A stretch of 64,000 nt of DNA from a virus. The stretch lies in the IMG/VR virus record IMGVR_UViG_3300034284_002638, positions 37,674 through 101,673 of that record; one strand, given 5' to 3'. Of this stretch, positions 8,230-18,120 are shown piece by piece. Under the pieces are notes generated by a model. The model was not told the origin of the DNA. It saw only the letters and a program-made list of their open reading frames with translations, and ran no database searches. The translations under genes were made by a program, and so were the position numbers. Every line of letters begins with the position of its first letter. Positions within the stretch are counted from its first letter, which is position 1.

Positions 8230-9488
8230 TTGAAAATGAATGGCTAAAAAATAAAGCCGAATTCTCGGCCCTTAATTGCAACATGACCGTATCTGTCACA
8301 ATCCCGGCTGGGTATGCGGCAGATGTTTCAATAGAAGACGACATCAGTCCAGAAATATATGTAAATGTATCTGGGGTGGTCGGAACAGCAAGTTATACAG
8401 TTTCTAATATTGACCCCGATGCACTTCAACTTTGGGTCAATATTAGAAACTTTAGGTGCCTAGGCGGATCTTCGTTTGGCCTATCTTATGACCAGAGATT
8501 TTACAGAGATGTAGATTGCGGTGGAACAGTTTCTGTAACATATAACTCCGGTCCTGACATAGGCGGAGTACCAAGCATACCTTCTTGCTCAACGCCTACG
8601 CCTACACCTAGTAGAAGCCCTACACCTACCGCTACAGTCCCGCCCCCTACCCCTAGCAGAAGCCCAACGCCAAGCGTCACGGCAACCAGAACACCCACGC
8701 CAACGCCGAGCCGAAGCCCAAGCCCAACGCTCAGCGGCACAGTCACGCTCACGCCAACGCCGAGCCGAAGCCCAAGCCCAACGCTCAGCGGCACAGTCAC
8801 GCTCACGCCAACGCCGAGCCGAAGCCCAAGCCCAACGCTCAGCGGCACAGTCACGCCCACGCCAACGCCGAGCCGAAGCCCAAGCCCAACGCTCAGCGGC
8901 ACAGTCACGCTCACGCCAACGCCGAGCCGAAGCCCAAGCCCAACGCTCAGCGGCACAGTCACGCTCACGCCAACGCCGAGCCGAAGCCCAAGCCCAACGC
9001 TCAGCGGCACAGTTACCCCTTCACCCACCCCTTCGCCGTCCCCGTCGCCGACCCCTTCACCCACCCCTTCGCCGTCCCCGTCGCCGTCCCCGTCGCCGTC
9101 CCCTTCACCGTCCCCGACATGCGCCCCATGCGAATCGGTCCAAGTGACATTAACAACAAGCGGGTGTTGTCTTTACATGGCATCAAACACAATAGAAGCC
9201 GTGGGAAGCGGAGTTGTTTCAGCAACAATAAACCAGCCAGAAAACTGTCAAGTAACTTTGGCTCTTAACGGAATTGAAACGGATTCAATCGCGGTAGAGG
9301 ACGGAGATGAAATAACTGTGGAGATACACACAGAATCAAAATGCAAATGCTGCGAAACAAAAAGAGACTGCTCGCCCAATAGTTCGGGATTTATTGCCCA
9401 AGCAAGGAGCGGCAAAATATCCATAAACAAAAATGAACTAGCCAGAAGAATAAGGTTTATAGCAGAAAGATCAATATCAAGAAATTGA
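8226..9488 (+). CDS. Mucin-like Pro/Thr/Ser-rich protein flanked by Cys-containing domains (likely virion surface)
   Basis: Central PTS-rich linker of about 180 aa between two beta-rich domains. Confidence 0.75.
   Translation: MIENEWLKNKAEFSALNCNMTVSVTIPAGYAADVSIEDDISPEIYVNVSGVVGTASYTVSNIDPDALQLWVNIRNFRCLGGSSFGLSYDQRFYRDVDCGGTVSVTYNSGPDIGGVPSIPSCSTPTPTPSRSPTPTATVPPPTPSRSPTPSVTATRTPTPTPSRSPSPTLSGTVTLTPTPSRSPSPTLSGTVTLTPTPSRSPSPTLSGTVTPTPTPSRSPSPTLSGTVTLTPTPSRSPSPTLSGTVTLTPTPSRSPSPTLSGTVTPSPTPSPSPSPTPSPTPSPSPSPSPSPSPSPSPTCAPCESVQVTLTTSGCCLYMASNTIEAVGSGVVSATINQPENCQVTLALNGIETDSIAVEDGDEITVEIHTESKCKCCETKRDCSPNSSGFIAQARSGKISINKNELARRIRFIAERSISRN
8697..9020 (+). repeat. Six tandem 54-bp coding repeats ([17 protein letters not shown][L/P]), followed by (SP)n
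   Basis: Unit acgccaacgccgagccgaagcccaagcccaacgctcagcggcacagtcacgctc repeated with few changes. Confidence 0.9.
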
Positions 9489-11498
9489 TTTAACGCTATT
9501 CAATATTTCATGAATCTTCTCGTCCTTCATGTTCAAAAGGCGCTTGACAAGATGAGGATTCTTCAAAAGGTCAATTGGGCGCCTGAATCCAGCGGAATAC
9601 AACTTTTCTGCCCTTACCTTGCCAATGTTCGGAATCTTGCACAAGTCTATGAGTTCGGGGCGGACTCCGTAAACAACCCTTAAATACACGGAATTGAAAA
9701 AGTCCTTCCTGTTCCATTTTGCCGCCATAGAATCCAACATATTCAAAACAGAAACAAGACGCTCAGCGTCCATTTGAAGACCACGGGCAAAAGCAGTAAA
9801 AGAGCCGAGCTGCATACCATTTAAAAGACAATAATACGAATAGGCTCCCTTTATGGATGACTCAGGGTACTCTGATCCATGGGCGTCATAAACTTTAGAG
9901 GCAAAATCCTCCATCTCATCCTTCTCGGCTCTAGTGACAAATCCAGACCGTATTGAGTCTACATTGCCCAAAGCAAGAGACAAGGCAAAATCACTCTGAT
10001 CCAGGCCTCTTGAAAATAAAATTCTGAAATTCCTTCTAAGGTCGGCGACATCAAAAGGACTGTAGTACATTATGCTCGAGACCTTGCCGACAGAGGTAGC
10101 CTCGTAGTTTCCATCCACTTCCTTGATTGCGCCGACACGGGTCAAAAGATCTATTGTTTTGTCAACGATGGTGTCGTCTAGATCCTCATACTGGAAGTAT
10201 GCCAAGGATCTACCGTACCAATCATGAACATCGCTGATAGTTTTAATCTGTCCGTAATGAATCTCACTAACCAAGTGAAAGGCCAAAGTTTTATAGCGAG
10301 GATCATCCTCTTGGCCTACATAACTAAGAAGCTGAGACTCTATGTTCTTGGGCGAAGAAAGACGATCTATGTGATAATCTGATTCTCCGTAGGGAAGAAG
10401 TATGTGAACATCTCCCTTCGGATCATAACCCGGCCTACCTGCACGACCAGCCATCTGGAATATGTCGTATGTTTCAACTTCTGTCCTTCCTCGATGAACA
10501 CCAGCTATTATCACTCTGCGGGCGGGGAAATTACATCCCCATGCCAATGTGCTCGTGGCGACTATGACCCTCAAGTCACCAGATTTAAACTTCTGCTCTA
10601 CCTTGTGGCGCTTATCTTTGTCAAGGTCTGCGTTGTGCAGTTCGCACACGACACCACGCTCTTCAAGGGCCGACCTAATCCTCTCTCCCGTGGCCTTGGA
10701 ATGGACGAAGACTAGAAACTTATCCTCCTTGTGCTCCTTAATTAGATCTACGGCCGCACTGACCTTGTACTCCTCGGTGAGATCGTAGGTTTCGCCCGCG
10801 TCGTATTCCTCGTAGTGAATATCCAAAGGGCATGGCCTGTATTCCGAATGAACTAGATAGGTGTCTTTTTTAACAAGGCTGCACCCGACCCAATTTGCTA
10901 TCTGATCCACATTTGGCATTGTAGCCGAGAGAAAAACTATTCTAGGATCTCGGGCTATTTGAGAAAATTTCATGAGCCCAACTTCCAAATGGTCGCCCCT
11001 GGAGGGAACCGTCAGAAGATGCGACTCGTCAACGACAAGAGTCCCGCAATCCCTAAGGAATTCATTTTTTTCGGATTGAAGGTTCCGACATCTGGAGTTG
11101 AGCATCTCCGAAGTCATCACGATTATGTCGGCCTCGTTCAATTCCTTCATGCGGGCTTCCGTGAGACGGTAGTCGCCCGTGCATATTGAAATTTTAAGAT
11201 CAGAAAACAGCGACTTTTCCGAGAGCCAGTCATCTATTTTCTCCTTGGCCAAGGCTCGGAGAGGAGCGAGATATATTGCCTTCCCGCCGCGAGCCCTGAC
11301 CTCATGGCTCATAAACATCTCGGCGCAAACCGTCTTCCCAACACTAGTTGGAGCGGCAATTACGCAGTTGCAGTTCTTGTCATATATTTCAAAAACTCTA
11401 CTTTGAACTTGATTAAATGAATCAAAGGCGTACTTGCCGTAAGGAAACCTGGATGTTTCGACAAGACAAGTCTGATCAGACACTTTGATTAGAGACAT
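9477..11498 (-). CDS. Ski2/Hel308-like SF2 helicase
   Basis: [53 protein letters not shown]; C-terminal Hh[17 protein letters not shown]. Confidence 0.9.
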   Translation of the reverse strand: MSLIKVSDQTCLVETSRFPYGKYAFDSFNQVQSRVFEIYDKNCNCVIAAPTSVGKTVCAEMFMSHEVRARGGKAIYLAPLRALAKEKIDDWLSEKSLFSDLKISICTGDYRLTEARMKELNEADIIVMTSEMLNSRCRNLQSEKNEFLRDCGTLVVDESHLLTVPSRGDHLEVGLMKFSQIARDPRIVFLSATMPNVDQIANWVGCSLVKKDTYLVHSEYRPCPLDIHYEEYDAGETYDLTEEYKVSAAVDLIKEHKEDKFLVFVHSKATGERIRSALEERGVVCELHNADLDKDKRHKVEQKFKSGDLRVIVATSTLAWGCNFPARRVIIAGVHRGRTEVETYDIFQMAGRAGRPGYDPKGDVHILLPYGESDYHIDRLSSPKNIESQLLSYVGQEDDPRYKTLAFHLVSEIHYGQIKTISDVHDWYGRSLAYFQYEDLDDTIVDKTIDLLTRVGAIKEVDGNYEATSVGKVSSIMYYSPFDVADLRRNFRILFSRGLDQSDFALSLALGNVDSIRSGFVTRAEKDEMEDFASKVYDAHGSEYPESSIKGAYSYYCLLNGMQLGSFTAFARGLQMDAERLVSVLNMLDSMAAKWNRKDFFNSVYLRVVYGVRPELIDLCKIPNIGKVRAEKLYSAGFRRPIDLLKNPHLVKRLLNMKDEKIHEILNSVKSIS

Positions 11499-11539
11499 AA
11501 AACACCATTGAATTTGCCGAATACAAAACCAGTCAAACT

Positions 11540-11581
11540 AAAACGGGGAGGGGGGATAAGTCTATTCAGCCCCCCTCCCCG
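11540..11581 (-). terminator. Intrinsic terminator-like hairpin (12-bp G/C stem followed by TTTT on the - strand)
   Basis: cggggagggggg (11544-55) pairs with cccccctccccg (11570-81). Confidence 0.65.
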
Positions 11582-11606
11582 AACCCGCACCCCCACACCC
11601 AAACTT

Positions 11607-11891
11607 CTATCCCGCCTTAGTTTTCTTTGCCCTGGAGTCTGCCTCAATCAATGCGAATTCCCCGATGCTGTCAACTTTGTTAAACCAATCGTCAGGTCCA
11701 CTGGCCAGGGAAAGCCATCGGTCAATTTCCTTATCTCTCTGGAGGATTGAGCAGGCAAAAGAACGATCCCCCGCGACCTTCTGCGGCAGGGATTGACTTA
11801 TGTTTGCCAGATCATCGTCCGACATTCTAGAACAATATTCCTTAATCAATGTTATTTCCGATTTACCCAAGTTCTTTTTCACTTGAACCAT
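11607..11891 (-). CDS. Hypothetical protein
   Basis: ORF downstream of a sigma70-like promoter. Confidence 0.65.
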   Translation of the reverse strand: MVQVKKNLGKSEITLIKEYCSRMSDDDLANISQSLPQKVAGDRSFACSILQRDKEIDRWLSLASGPDDWFNKVDSIGEFALIEADSRAKKTKAG

Positions 11892-12006
11892 ATATGGAAT
11901 CGCCCCATGCTAAAAGACTTAAAAAGTTAGGTTCTGAGTACACCCCAGAATATTACCATCACCGAGGCCTTAACTCCAACAAGAATTGTGCCCCAAGTTG
12001 GATTCA

Positions 12007-12035
12007 CATCCTAATAGAAAAGAATAGAAAAGTCA
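12007..12035 (-). promoter_or_regulatory. Sigma70-type promoter TTGACT-17-TAGGAT
   Basis: Read on the - strand, about 115 nt upstream of ORF 11607-11891. Confidence 0.55.
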
Positions 12036-12044
12036 ACGCCAATT

Positions 12045-12347
12045 TCACACAACGTCAAAAACTTTCACATTAGTTCCGTCTTCGGACATGGCGGAATATT
12101 CGCAGACTATCTCTTTTTCTCCAGAATACCTCATGCCGAGATTGTATCTGTCTATAGATACGGAACGATTTTTTTGCGAGGCGACGACCCAACAATAGTC
12201 TTGAATTTTCTCTAGATCTCCATACCTGTTTTCTTGTGTAATTCCCACCTCCAAGACCATGCCGTTCGGAAGAGCCAATTCCACAGAGCCTTCCTTAAAC
12301 AAATGCTCCATGAAAAGTTGCTGGAGCTTGTTTCTTGCAGTCTTCAT
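12045..12347 (-). CDS. Hypothetical protein
   Basis: GGAGG Shine-Dalgarno before ATG. Confidence 0.7.
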   Translation of the reverse strand: MKTARNKLQQLFMEHLFKEGSVELALPNGMVLEVGITQENRYGDLEKIQDYCWVVASQKNRSVSIDRYNLGMRYSGEKEIVCEYSAMSEDGTNVKVFDVV

Positions 12348-12392
12348 GGGATACCTCCCTATAATGAGACCAATCTAGATCAAATGTATGTA

Positions 12393-12416
12393 TCCACCCA
12401 TTTTTGAAATGGGTGG
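12393..12416. terminator. Intergenic hairpin (ccacccattt / aaatgggtgg)
   Basis: 10-bp inverted repeat in an intergenic gap. Confidence 0.45.
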
Positions 12417-12476
12417 GCTTTGGCATAATTTTAAGTAAAAAATGACCTATGCATTTGACTTTTAGGATTTACAAAG

Positions 12477-12926
12477 TCAATAAAGATTCAGCTGCTCGGG
12501 GTTCATATACATGTATTCAAAACCTTCAAAAACCATAGGGGTAGTCTTTTCCTTTATAGGAGACAGTATCGGGCGGCCACGAGGATCCAAACAAACACTC
12601 CAGCAGTAAACCTTCCTGTCCTCTTGATAAAATTCTATAAGAGAGAGAAAATGTCCGCCCAGAACCTTTTTGGCTAGTTTCGCAACAATATGGAACGGTA
12701 AAAAAGGAGCATATTTGTTGTATACCTGAAAAGTCTCCAGGTAATGATCATTATATAAAGCGCGATTAAAATGAAATACTATGGTGTATCCATCAACCTC
12801 CGCCTCGCACTTTTTGAGCGGAGCTATATGATACTCCATCTCAACAGGACCCATCGGAAAATTGTATGGAACTAAGTCCGAAGCAAGATTTTTCATAATC
12901 TCTATCTTTTCATCGAACTTGGCCAT
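12477..12926 (-). CDS. Hypothetical protein
   Basis: Clean ORF with GAGGA Shine-Dalgarno. Confidence 0.7.
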   Translation of the reverse strand: MAKFDEKIEIMKNLASDLVPYNFPMGPVEMEYHIAPLKKCEAEVDGYTIVFHFNRALYNDHYLETFQVYNKYAPFLPFHIVAKLAKKVLGGHFLSLIEFYQEDRKVYCWSVCLDPRGRPILSPIKEKTTPMVFEGFEYMYMNPEQLNLY

Positions 12927-12993
12927 CTATTTTTCCTCAAAATTATTTATCCCTTTTAGGATTAGAAAAATCCAAAATGCATCAAAAAACGCA

Positions 12994-13022
12994 TTGACCA
13001 ATTATACATTGGCTGCTATATT
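12994..13022 (+). promoter_or_regulatory. Sigma70-type promoter TTGACC-17-TATATT
   Basis: Directly upstream of AGGAG and ATG 13043. Confidence 0.6.
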
Positions 13023-13042
13023 AGATGCAATAGGAGAAAAAC

Positions 13043-13276
13043 ATGTCCACAAAATGCTTGCTTCTGGAGACCAAGGACAAAAAAAGAATTTTTACCTTGA
13101 TAGGAAACAAAAAGCACCTCAAGGAATATTGCAAGGCCTTTGGAGCAAAAATGTTTGTAGTCAAGGCAGAAATAGAAAAATCAAAGATAATGGATCTTCA
13201 ACAACTGGTTCCGGCCTTGTGCGACAAAAACTACAAAAGTTTCAAGGTGGAATTTGAGGTAGTTAAGTCCGAATAG
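13043..13276 (+). CDS. Hypothetical basic protein
   Basis: AGGAG Shine-Dalgarno and its own promoter. Confidence 0.65.
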   Translation: MSTKCLLLETKDKKRIFTLIGNKKHLKEYCKAFGAKMFVVKAEIEKSKIMDLQQLVPALCDKNYKSFKVEFEVVKSE

Positions 13277-13286
13277 TCTGGGTGCT

Positions 13287-14474
13287 TCAATCCGACTCGC
13301 CCAAAAGATTGCCAACATCCTGGTGCGTGTCGATCTGCTCTACGTCTTCACTGTTCGTAAGAGCGATAGCTTCCGACCACTCCTTCAAATATTCCTTGAC
13401 CTCATCCGCATTCTCAGCATCTATGAGAGCCGGATACTTTATCAGAATCTCAGGGTCAAACGGGGCGGACTTGGCCTGCTGGAAGGTGGCCTCCTCGTCG
13501 CCGCCATTCCAAGGCGAAAGTATTCTGTATTTTCCAGCCCCCTTGCCGGGTTCAACCCTTTTGGACATCAAAATGGCATCCATGAGGCCGCCAAGAGGGT
13601 TGATTCCAGAGTCATAAAAAAGAGGCACATTTTCAATCTTGATCCCGGGCGTGAAATGTCTGTTTTTCTTGTTCACTATGGTCATGTTGGTTCCAAGCGA
13701 CAACTTCGTACTCTTGTCCTGGAAGGCTTTGGGAGATCCGGTGCGGAACCTCAGGGAGGCATAAAACTTGAGAGCCTCGCCGCCGCCAGAAGTGGTCTCA
13801 TCATTTCCATAAATTACGCCAATCTTCTTGCGAACCTGGTTGATGACATAAAGGGTCGCATCCTTGTCGTTCAAGAACGGATTGAGACTCCTCAGAATCT
13901 TGTTGGCAAATTTCGCCCGCTCGCCGGGACGCTCATTGCCCACCGCGTCGCGCTCGGCCTTGGTAGCATTCTCGGGAAGGTCAACCTCGCTCCACTCCCT
14001 ATCGGTGGGATTGACGCCTATGGAGTCCCAAACGATCCCGATTGGCTTCTTGGGAAACTTTGCCCGAATGGCATTCACCACTGTGATTATCTTCTTTTCA
14101 ACCTGCTGGAGGGTTACGGGATCAAAGACCAAAAGCTTATCAGGATCAACATGGCCACACCGCTCGGCAAAATCAGAGCCGCTCGAGCGTTCGCAGTCCA
14201 AAAGGACTGCAATTCCGCCCTGCTTCTGAATGGCTCCGAGAAAGCAGTAGCCCAAGAGGGACTTGCCAGATGCCTCAGGACCAAATGCCTCAATTATTCT
14301 TCCTCCGGGAAACCCTCCCTTAATGAATTTGCCGCTGCAGGCGTAATTGATGGCCAAGTTGCCGGTGTTTACATAATAAGGCACCTGCCCCGCGTTACGC
14401 AGCAGTTCGCCACCGGTGGACTCCAGTATTTCGTCCAAAACGGAATCATCGTTCTTTGTTTTTGACTTGGCCAT
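13287..14474 (-). CDS. uvsX: RecA/UvsX recombinase
   Basis: GRIIEAFGPEASGKS, DCERS, WDSIG, INQVR, TSGGGEALKFYASLR. Confidence 0.93.
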   Translation of the reverse strand: MAKSKTKNDDSVLDEILESTGGELLRNAGQVPYYVNTGNLAINYACSGKFIKGGFPGGRIIEAFGPEASGKSLLGYCFLGAIQKQGGIAVLLDCERSSGSDFAERCGHVDPDKLLVFDPVTLQQVEKKIITVVNAIRAKFPKKPIGIVWDSIGVNPTDREWSEVDLPENATKAERDAVGNERPGERAKFANKILRSLNPFLNDKDATLYVINQVRKKIGVIYGNDETTSGGGEALKFYASLRFRTGSPKAFQDKSTKLSLGTNMTIVNKKNRHFTPGIKIENVPLFYDSGINPLGGLMDAILMSKRVEPGKGAGKYRILSPWNGGDEEATFQQAKSAPFDPEILIKYPALIDAENADEVKEYLKEWSEAIALTNSEDVEQIDTHQDVGNLLGESD

Positions 14475-14520
14475 TTATTTTTCCTGTGTTTGTTAAATGT
14501 TGTGCGTTTTTGAATCATAT

Positions 14521-14556
14521 GCCTCTCCCCGGAGCCCGATTGCTCCGGGGAGAGGC
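14521..14556. terminator. 15-bp perfect hairpin between ssb and uvsX
   Basis: gcctctccccggagc-ccgatt-gctccggggagaggc; no clear U-tract, so possibly a processing or stabilising element. Confidence 0.5.
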
Positions 14557-14574
14557 GATCTTATCGAATCCAGA

Positions 14575-15510
14575 CTAACCCAACCTTCTCAGTTCTTCAA
14601 GAAAATCCTTGTCCGCCATCTCCTCGTCTCCAGACTCTTCCGACTCAACCTCGACCTTCGCCTTGGCCTTGGGAACCTCGGCTACAGCGGTTGCCGGCTT
14701 TGCCGCAAACTCGGAAGGATCAAAACCGCTGGGGGATTCCTGCTTGAGGCCGAGGTGAACAGCAAGTTCGTGCTTGAGCTCATCGGCAGTCTTCAAAACC
14801 CTCAACGAATTGAGGTCGTGAAGATTTTCCATCCACCTCTTGCACTCATCAGGATCGCCGGCGGGGGACTGCTCGAGGAAATGACTGCCCTCGTAGTTCG
14901 GGTAACTATTGTCGCCCGACTTGCGGATCGTCTTAATCAACTTGAAGTCGTAGCCGTTCTTGAAATCGGTCACATCTCCAAGCCTAGGCTGGTTCATCTC
15001 CGTGTCGCCCAAGATGCCCCTGAGAATAATCTCATGGAGAGTCTTGCCGACAGAAAGAATCTTTGGCCCAACATTCTTCTTTACATTCCCGTTCTCATCC
15101 CTTTCCTCGCGAACAATGCAGTTGTAGTAATACCTCTCCACGGGCTTGAGCTGCCTGTAGAGACCTTGGAGACGGTCCCGCTCTGCGGGTGCGGCCTGCT
15201 CGGATTTCTTCCAGCAATCCTTGATATAGTCAACGATGGGATTGTGGCCGACCCAGCGTCCTGTTTCACGGCTGTATTCGCGAATGTCGTGCAAACTCTT
15301 TCCGTTTACGCGATGAAGAGCCGTGACGAGATAGAAAGGATTGCTTTCGCGGCCGAAAGTGCCTTTGGGAGCGGGAGGAAGAAGGCGCAGCACCACGCTG
15401 CCCTTGCCCTCGGGCATCCTCACAAAATTTTCCAGAAACGAGCCAGAGGATGTTTCTGAAGTCTTCAAGCCCTTGTAATCGTTCTGAAGGGCACCTAGAT
15501 CAAGTGACAT
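14575..15510 (-). CDS. Single-stranded DNA-binding protein (T4 gp32-like)
   Basis: VVLRLLPP, RYYYNCIVR, GPKILSVGK, GYDFKLIK, YPNYEGS, acidic C-terminal tail; adjacent to uvsX. Confidence 0.85.
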   Translation of the reverse strand: MSLDLGALQNDYKGLKTSETSSGSFLENFVRMPEGKGSVVLRLLPPAPKGTFGRESNPFYLVTALHRVNGKSLHDIREYSRETGRWVGHNPIVDYIKDCWKKSEQAAPAERDRLQGLYRQLKPVERYYYNCIVREERDENGNVKKNVGPKILSVGKTLHEIILRGILGDTEMNQPRLGDVTDFKNGYDFKLIKTIRKSGDNSYPNYEGSHFLEQSPAGDPDECKRWMENLHDLNSLRVLKTADELKHELAVHLGLKQESPSGFDPSEFAAKPATAVAEVPKAKAKVEVESEESGDEEMADKDFLEELRRLG

Positions 15511-15556
15511 GTTGTTCTCCGTTGTAAAAGTTAAAGTTCACGAATCAAGTTCGCAA

Positions 15557-15585
15557 GTTATAAGTAATATCGGCGCATCTGTCAA
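15557..15585 (-). promoter_or_regulatory. Sigma70-type promoter TTGACA-17-TATAAC for ssb-uvsX
   Basis: Near-consensus hexamers with 17-bp spacer. Confidence 0.7.
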
Positions 15586-16322
15586 TAGACTTTAGCATAT
15601 TTTCTTAGATACCAGTGCAGAGACGCATAGTCACAGTCCAAATCGTTCAAAGAGGCTGCATTTTTCCACTCCAAGCGACGAAGTTCAACCAGATCCGGAC
15701 GGTAGAGAAGCATGAAATTAAAATAAATTTCATATTCGGACGCTCCTGAAAAACCAACCCCTCCAGGAGAAACATGCCTGAGAAAAGCCCTCCAGAACTC
15801 TTGGTCGTTGTAGGACTCCACCAGACCGAAAAGGCCGGAAAGGCATTCGAGATCGAATACCATGTGGTGGCATATTCCAGAAAGATCCGGATTCATCCTT
15901 TTAAGACTAGGATGTAGCCTGGCCATGTGCTCAAAGTATGGAAGATGATATTCGGATCCGAAATTAAAATAAATCTTGTCGGGGTCGGATCTAAAAAAAC
16001 TTGTCGGACGAAGAAAAAAGGTGTCGGAATCCAAGACAAGATATCTTTTTGAAATTCCGGAAATAACGAACCCAGAGTAAAGCTTTAAAAGCTGCTGAAA
16101 GTACCAGCCGTTTCTGTCCCTTTTGCCGTGAATGCACTTGACATCTTCTATAGAAAAAGGAAATGAAGACTCATTAACATGCTTGCACCCACAAATAGAA
16201 AGCGGAAATCTTGAAACCAGATAAATGTCCCCGCAGTCACGAACATTAGACCTTGTGTAAGACACTTGGGAGTGAATGACATCAAGATCATTTGGCCCGA
16301 CTGGGATGACAACATCAATCAT
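15582..16322 (-). CDS. GT-A-fold glycosyltransferase-like protein (DUF6492-like)
   Basis: IDVVIP, GWYFQQLLKL, YLVLDSDTFF (DxD), SEYEIY. Confidence 0.7.
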   Translation of the reverse strand: MIDVVIPVGPNDLDVIHSQVSYTRSNVRDCGDIYLVSRFPLSICGCKHVNESSFPFSIEDVKCIHGKRDRNGWYFQQLLKLYSGFVISGISKRYLVLDSDTFFLRPTSFFRSDPDKIYFNFGSEYHLPYFEHMARLHPSLKRMNPDLSGICHHMVFDLECLSGLFGLVESYNDQEFWRAFLRHVSPGGVGFSGASEYEIYFNFMLLYRPDLVELRRLEWKNAASLNDLDCDYASLHWYLRKYAKVY

Positions 16323-16743
16323 TCTTGGAAAGGTCTATCTGTCCGGACTGGGCTTCAGACTCCGTCATGGAGCATCTGGCCTTATCCTCCAAGGCGTTTA
16401 TCTTGTCCTTGAGTGTGACATGGCCTTCCGCCTCCAAAGTTTCATTCAGAGTCTTTTTCATCTCCTTTTCCTTGAGGTACTCGTCCTCAAGAGCCTTGAG
16501 AATTTCAAGATTCTTTTCTATCTTTTGGCGAGACTTCTTGGCTTCAACTTCTTCCATGGCCTTTCTCTTTTCGGGATCCTTTATGAAAGGAACAATCTTC
16601 TCGCGAAACTTTTTATCAAGCATTGCTTGGCGACGCTCGCCCTTTTTTAGGATCTGCATCTTGTGCCTCTGGGCAGCAACCCTGGCTCGTCCCTTCTGCT
16701 CCCTAGCCTTTTTCTTCTTCTCTAATTGCTTTCTTGTGGCCAT
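16315..16743 (-). CDS. Hypothetical charged coiled-coil protein
   Basis: Lys/Glu-rich helical ORF in an operon. Confidence 0.7.
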   Translation of the reverse strand: MATRKQLEKKKKAREQKGRARVAAQRHKMQILKKGERRQAMLDKKFREKIVPFIKDPEKRKAMEEVEAKKSRQKIEKNLEILKALEDEYLKEKEMKKTLNETLEAEGHVTLKDKINALEDKARCSMTESEAQSGQIDLSKND

Positions 16744-16745
16744 GT

Positions 16746-17462
16746 TTATCTCCTCCTAATATCGGGCATGTCTACTTGTTCGTAATTTCCCCAAAGATTA
16801 ATCTCTTCCTTCTGCGTCTCGGCCCCGACATACTTTGGGCCCTCGTCGGCTTCAATCAGTCCAGACCCAACAGCAACAAAGTACTCGGCACTAACTTTAA
16901 CATCCTTGCCCGAGTCGTCGGTAGTGTTGTAAACCAATGTGGATCCCAATGACTCCTCGGAATAAACAGGATATTTCTTGCCCAAAGTGAACTTCAAGCC
17001 CTTTTGCCTGACCTTTTGCTGCCCTATGGGGTCAGGGTCGTACACTTCCTGTCGTATTGCTCTACGGGCAAGGTTCTGGGATTTCTGGTTCCTCACGACA
17101 GGGCATGACCTGTCGGCCAACTCCTTGGAGGGGGAAGGCACGGGCTTGAAATCATCTTCGGATTCAAACTCTTCAGTAACAATGACCCTGCCCGAATCAA
17201 AACTGAATTTCTTGTTTTTTATGACTATGCCGTCGCTGGTTTCTCTGTAGCCAAGCTTCTTCTTGGCATACTCATAGATCTCCACATCAACTATAAGGAT
17301 ATTTCTTCTGGCGAGTTGCGACATTATCTTTCCGGCAATAGCGTCCAGCTCTATTTCTTCCGTTATCTTTCCTACCTTGCAGTTTCTGGTCTTGATCTCG
17401 TCTTCATAAACGCCGGGCCGATCTGTCGCGTCTTTATAGTGAAATACAATTTCATATCCCAT
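16746..17462 (-). CDS. Hypothetical protein
   Basis: Likely start MGYEIV at 17462 after AAGGAAG. Confidence 0.7.
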   Translation of the reverse strand: MGYEIVFHYKDATDRPGVYEDEIKTRNCKVGKITEEIELDAIAGKIMSQLARRNILIVDVEIYEYAKKKLGYRETSDGIVIKNKKFSFDSGRVIVTEEFESEDDFKPVPSPSKELADRSCPVVRNQKSQNLARRAIRQEVYDPDPIGQQKVRQKGLKFTLGKKYPVYSEESLGSTLVYNTTDDSGKDVKVSAEYFVAVGSGLIEADEGPKYVGAETQKEEINLWGNYEQVDMPDIRRR

Positions 17463-17505
17463 CTGGGTCTTCCTTGTTTTGCAACCTATACTAGTAAGAC
17501 TGGCG

Positions 17506-18120
17506 TCATTTCTGGGCGAGCCCTGTGCCGTATCTTGTATTAAAAATGACAAACGGCCTATTCTTCGCCTTGCAGAAGTCGGAAAAAACATCCTTGTTAT
17601 CTGCTAAGTGATCGACGCAAATGAATCCATCCAAATTCAAATACTCCCAGCAAGCCTCCAAATCTTCCTTGATCTTATCGCCATTGACCTTCTCCGTGAC
17701 CATGATCAAATCAAAACTAGAAGACATTTTGCCGATGAACTCTGCATCCACCACGCTCCCGTAGTGGTAATCTACAAGAAAGTTCTTTCCCTTTATGTCC
17801 CTTATATTGGAAATAGCTATTCTAGGAGAGTAGAAATCCTTGCTTGACCTCTGAAAACAAAGCATCCGTTCCACTGAGGGGCAGCCTTGCAAAAAACAAC
17901 AAGAAGGAAGACCCAAGTTGAATCCCAAGTGAAGAAGAGATTTAGTTTGGATCAGCTTGCCAAGATGATAATAAAAAGGCAGATAGTTTGGATCTTGATA
18001 TTGGCTGCTTTTTCTGGAGGATTCGTCTATGAGACGCAACTTGTCAAGGAGAACGCGGGGGCCAACCGCCTGGCCCTTGAGCTTGGCCGACAAGACCGGA
18101 TGAATCTGTTCTATGGTCAT
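17506..18120 (-). CDS. Divergent class I SAM-dependent methyltransferase-like protein
   Basis: LLHLGFNLG, FDLIMV, LNLDGFICVDH and RYGTG resemble the Methyltransf_24 pattern. Confidence 0.6.
   Translation of the reverse strand: MTIEQIHPVLSAKLKGQAVGPRVLLDKLRLIDESSRKSSQYQDPNYLPFYYHLGKLIQTKSLLHLGFNLGLPSCCFLQGCPSVERMLCFQRSSKDFYSPRIAISNIRDIKGKNFLVDYHYGSVVDAEFIGKMSSSFDLIMVTEKVNGDKIKEDLEACWEYLNLDGFICVDHLADNKDVFSDFCKAKNRPFVIFNTRYGTGLAQK

Noticed and set aside
8697-9020. Regular repeats as a possible CRISPR array
   Set aside because: Units are contiguous 54-bp tandem copies with no unique spacers, and they are in frame within a coding sequence
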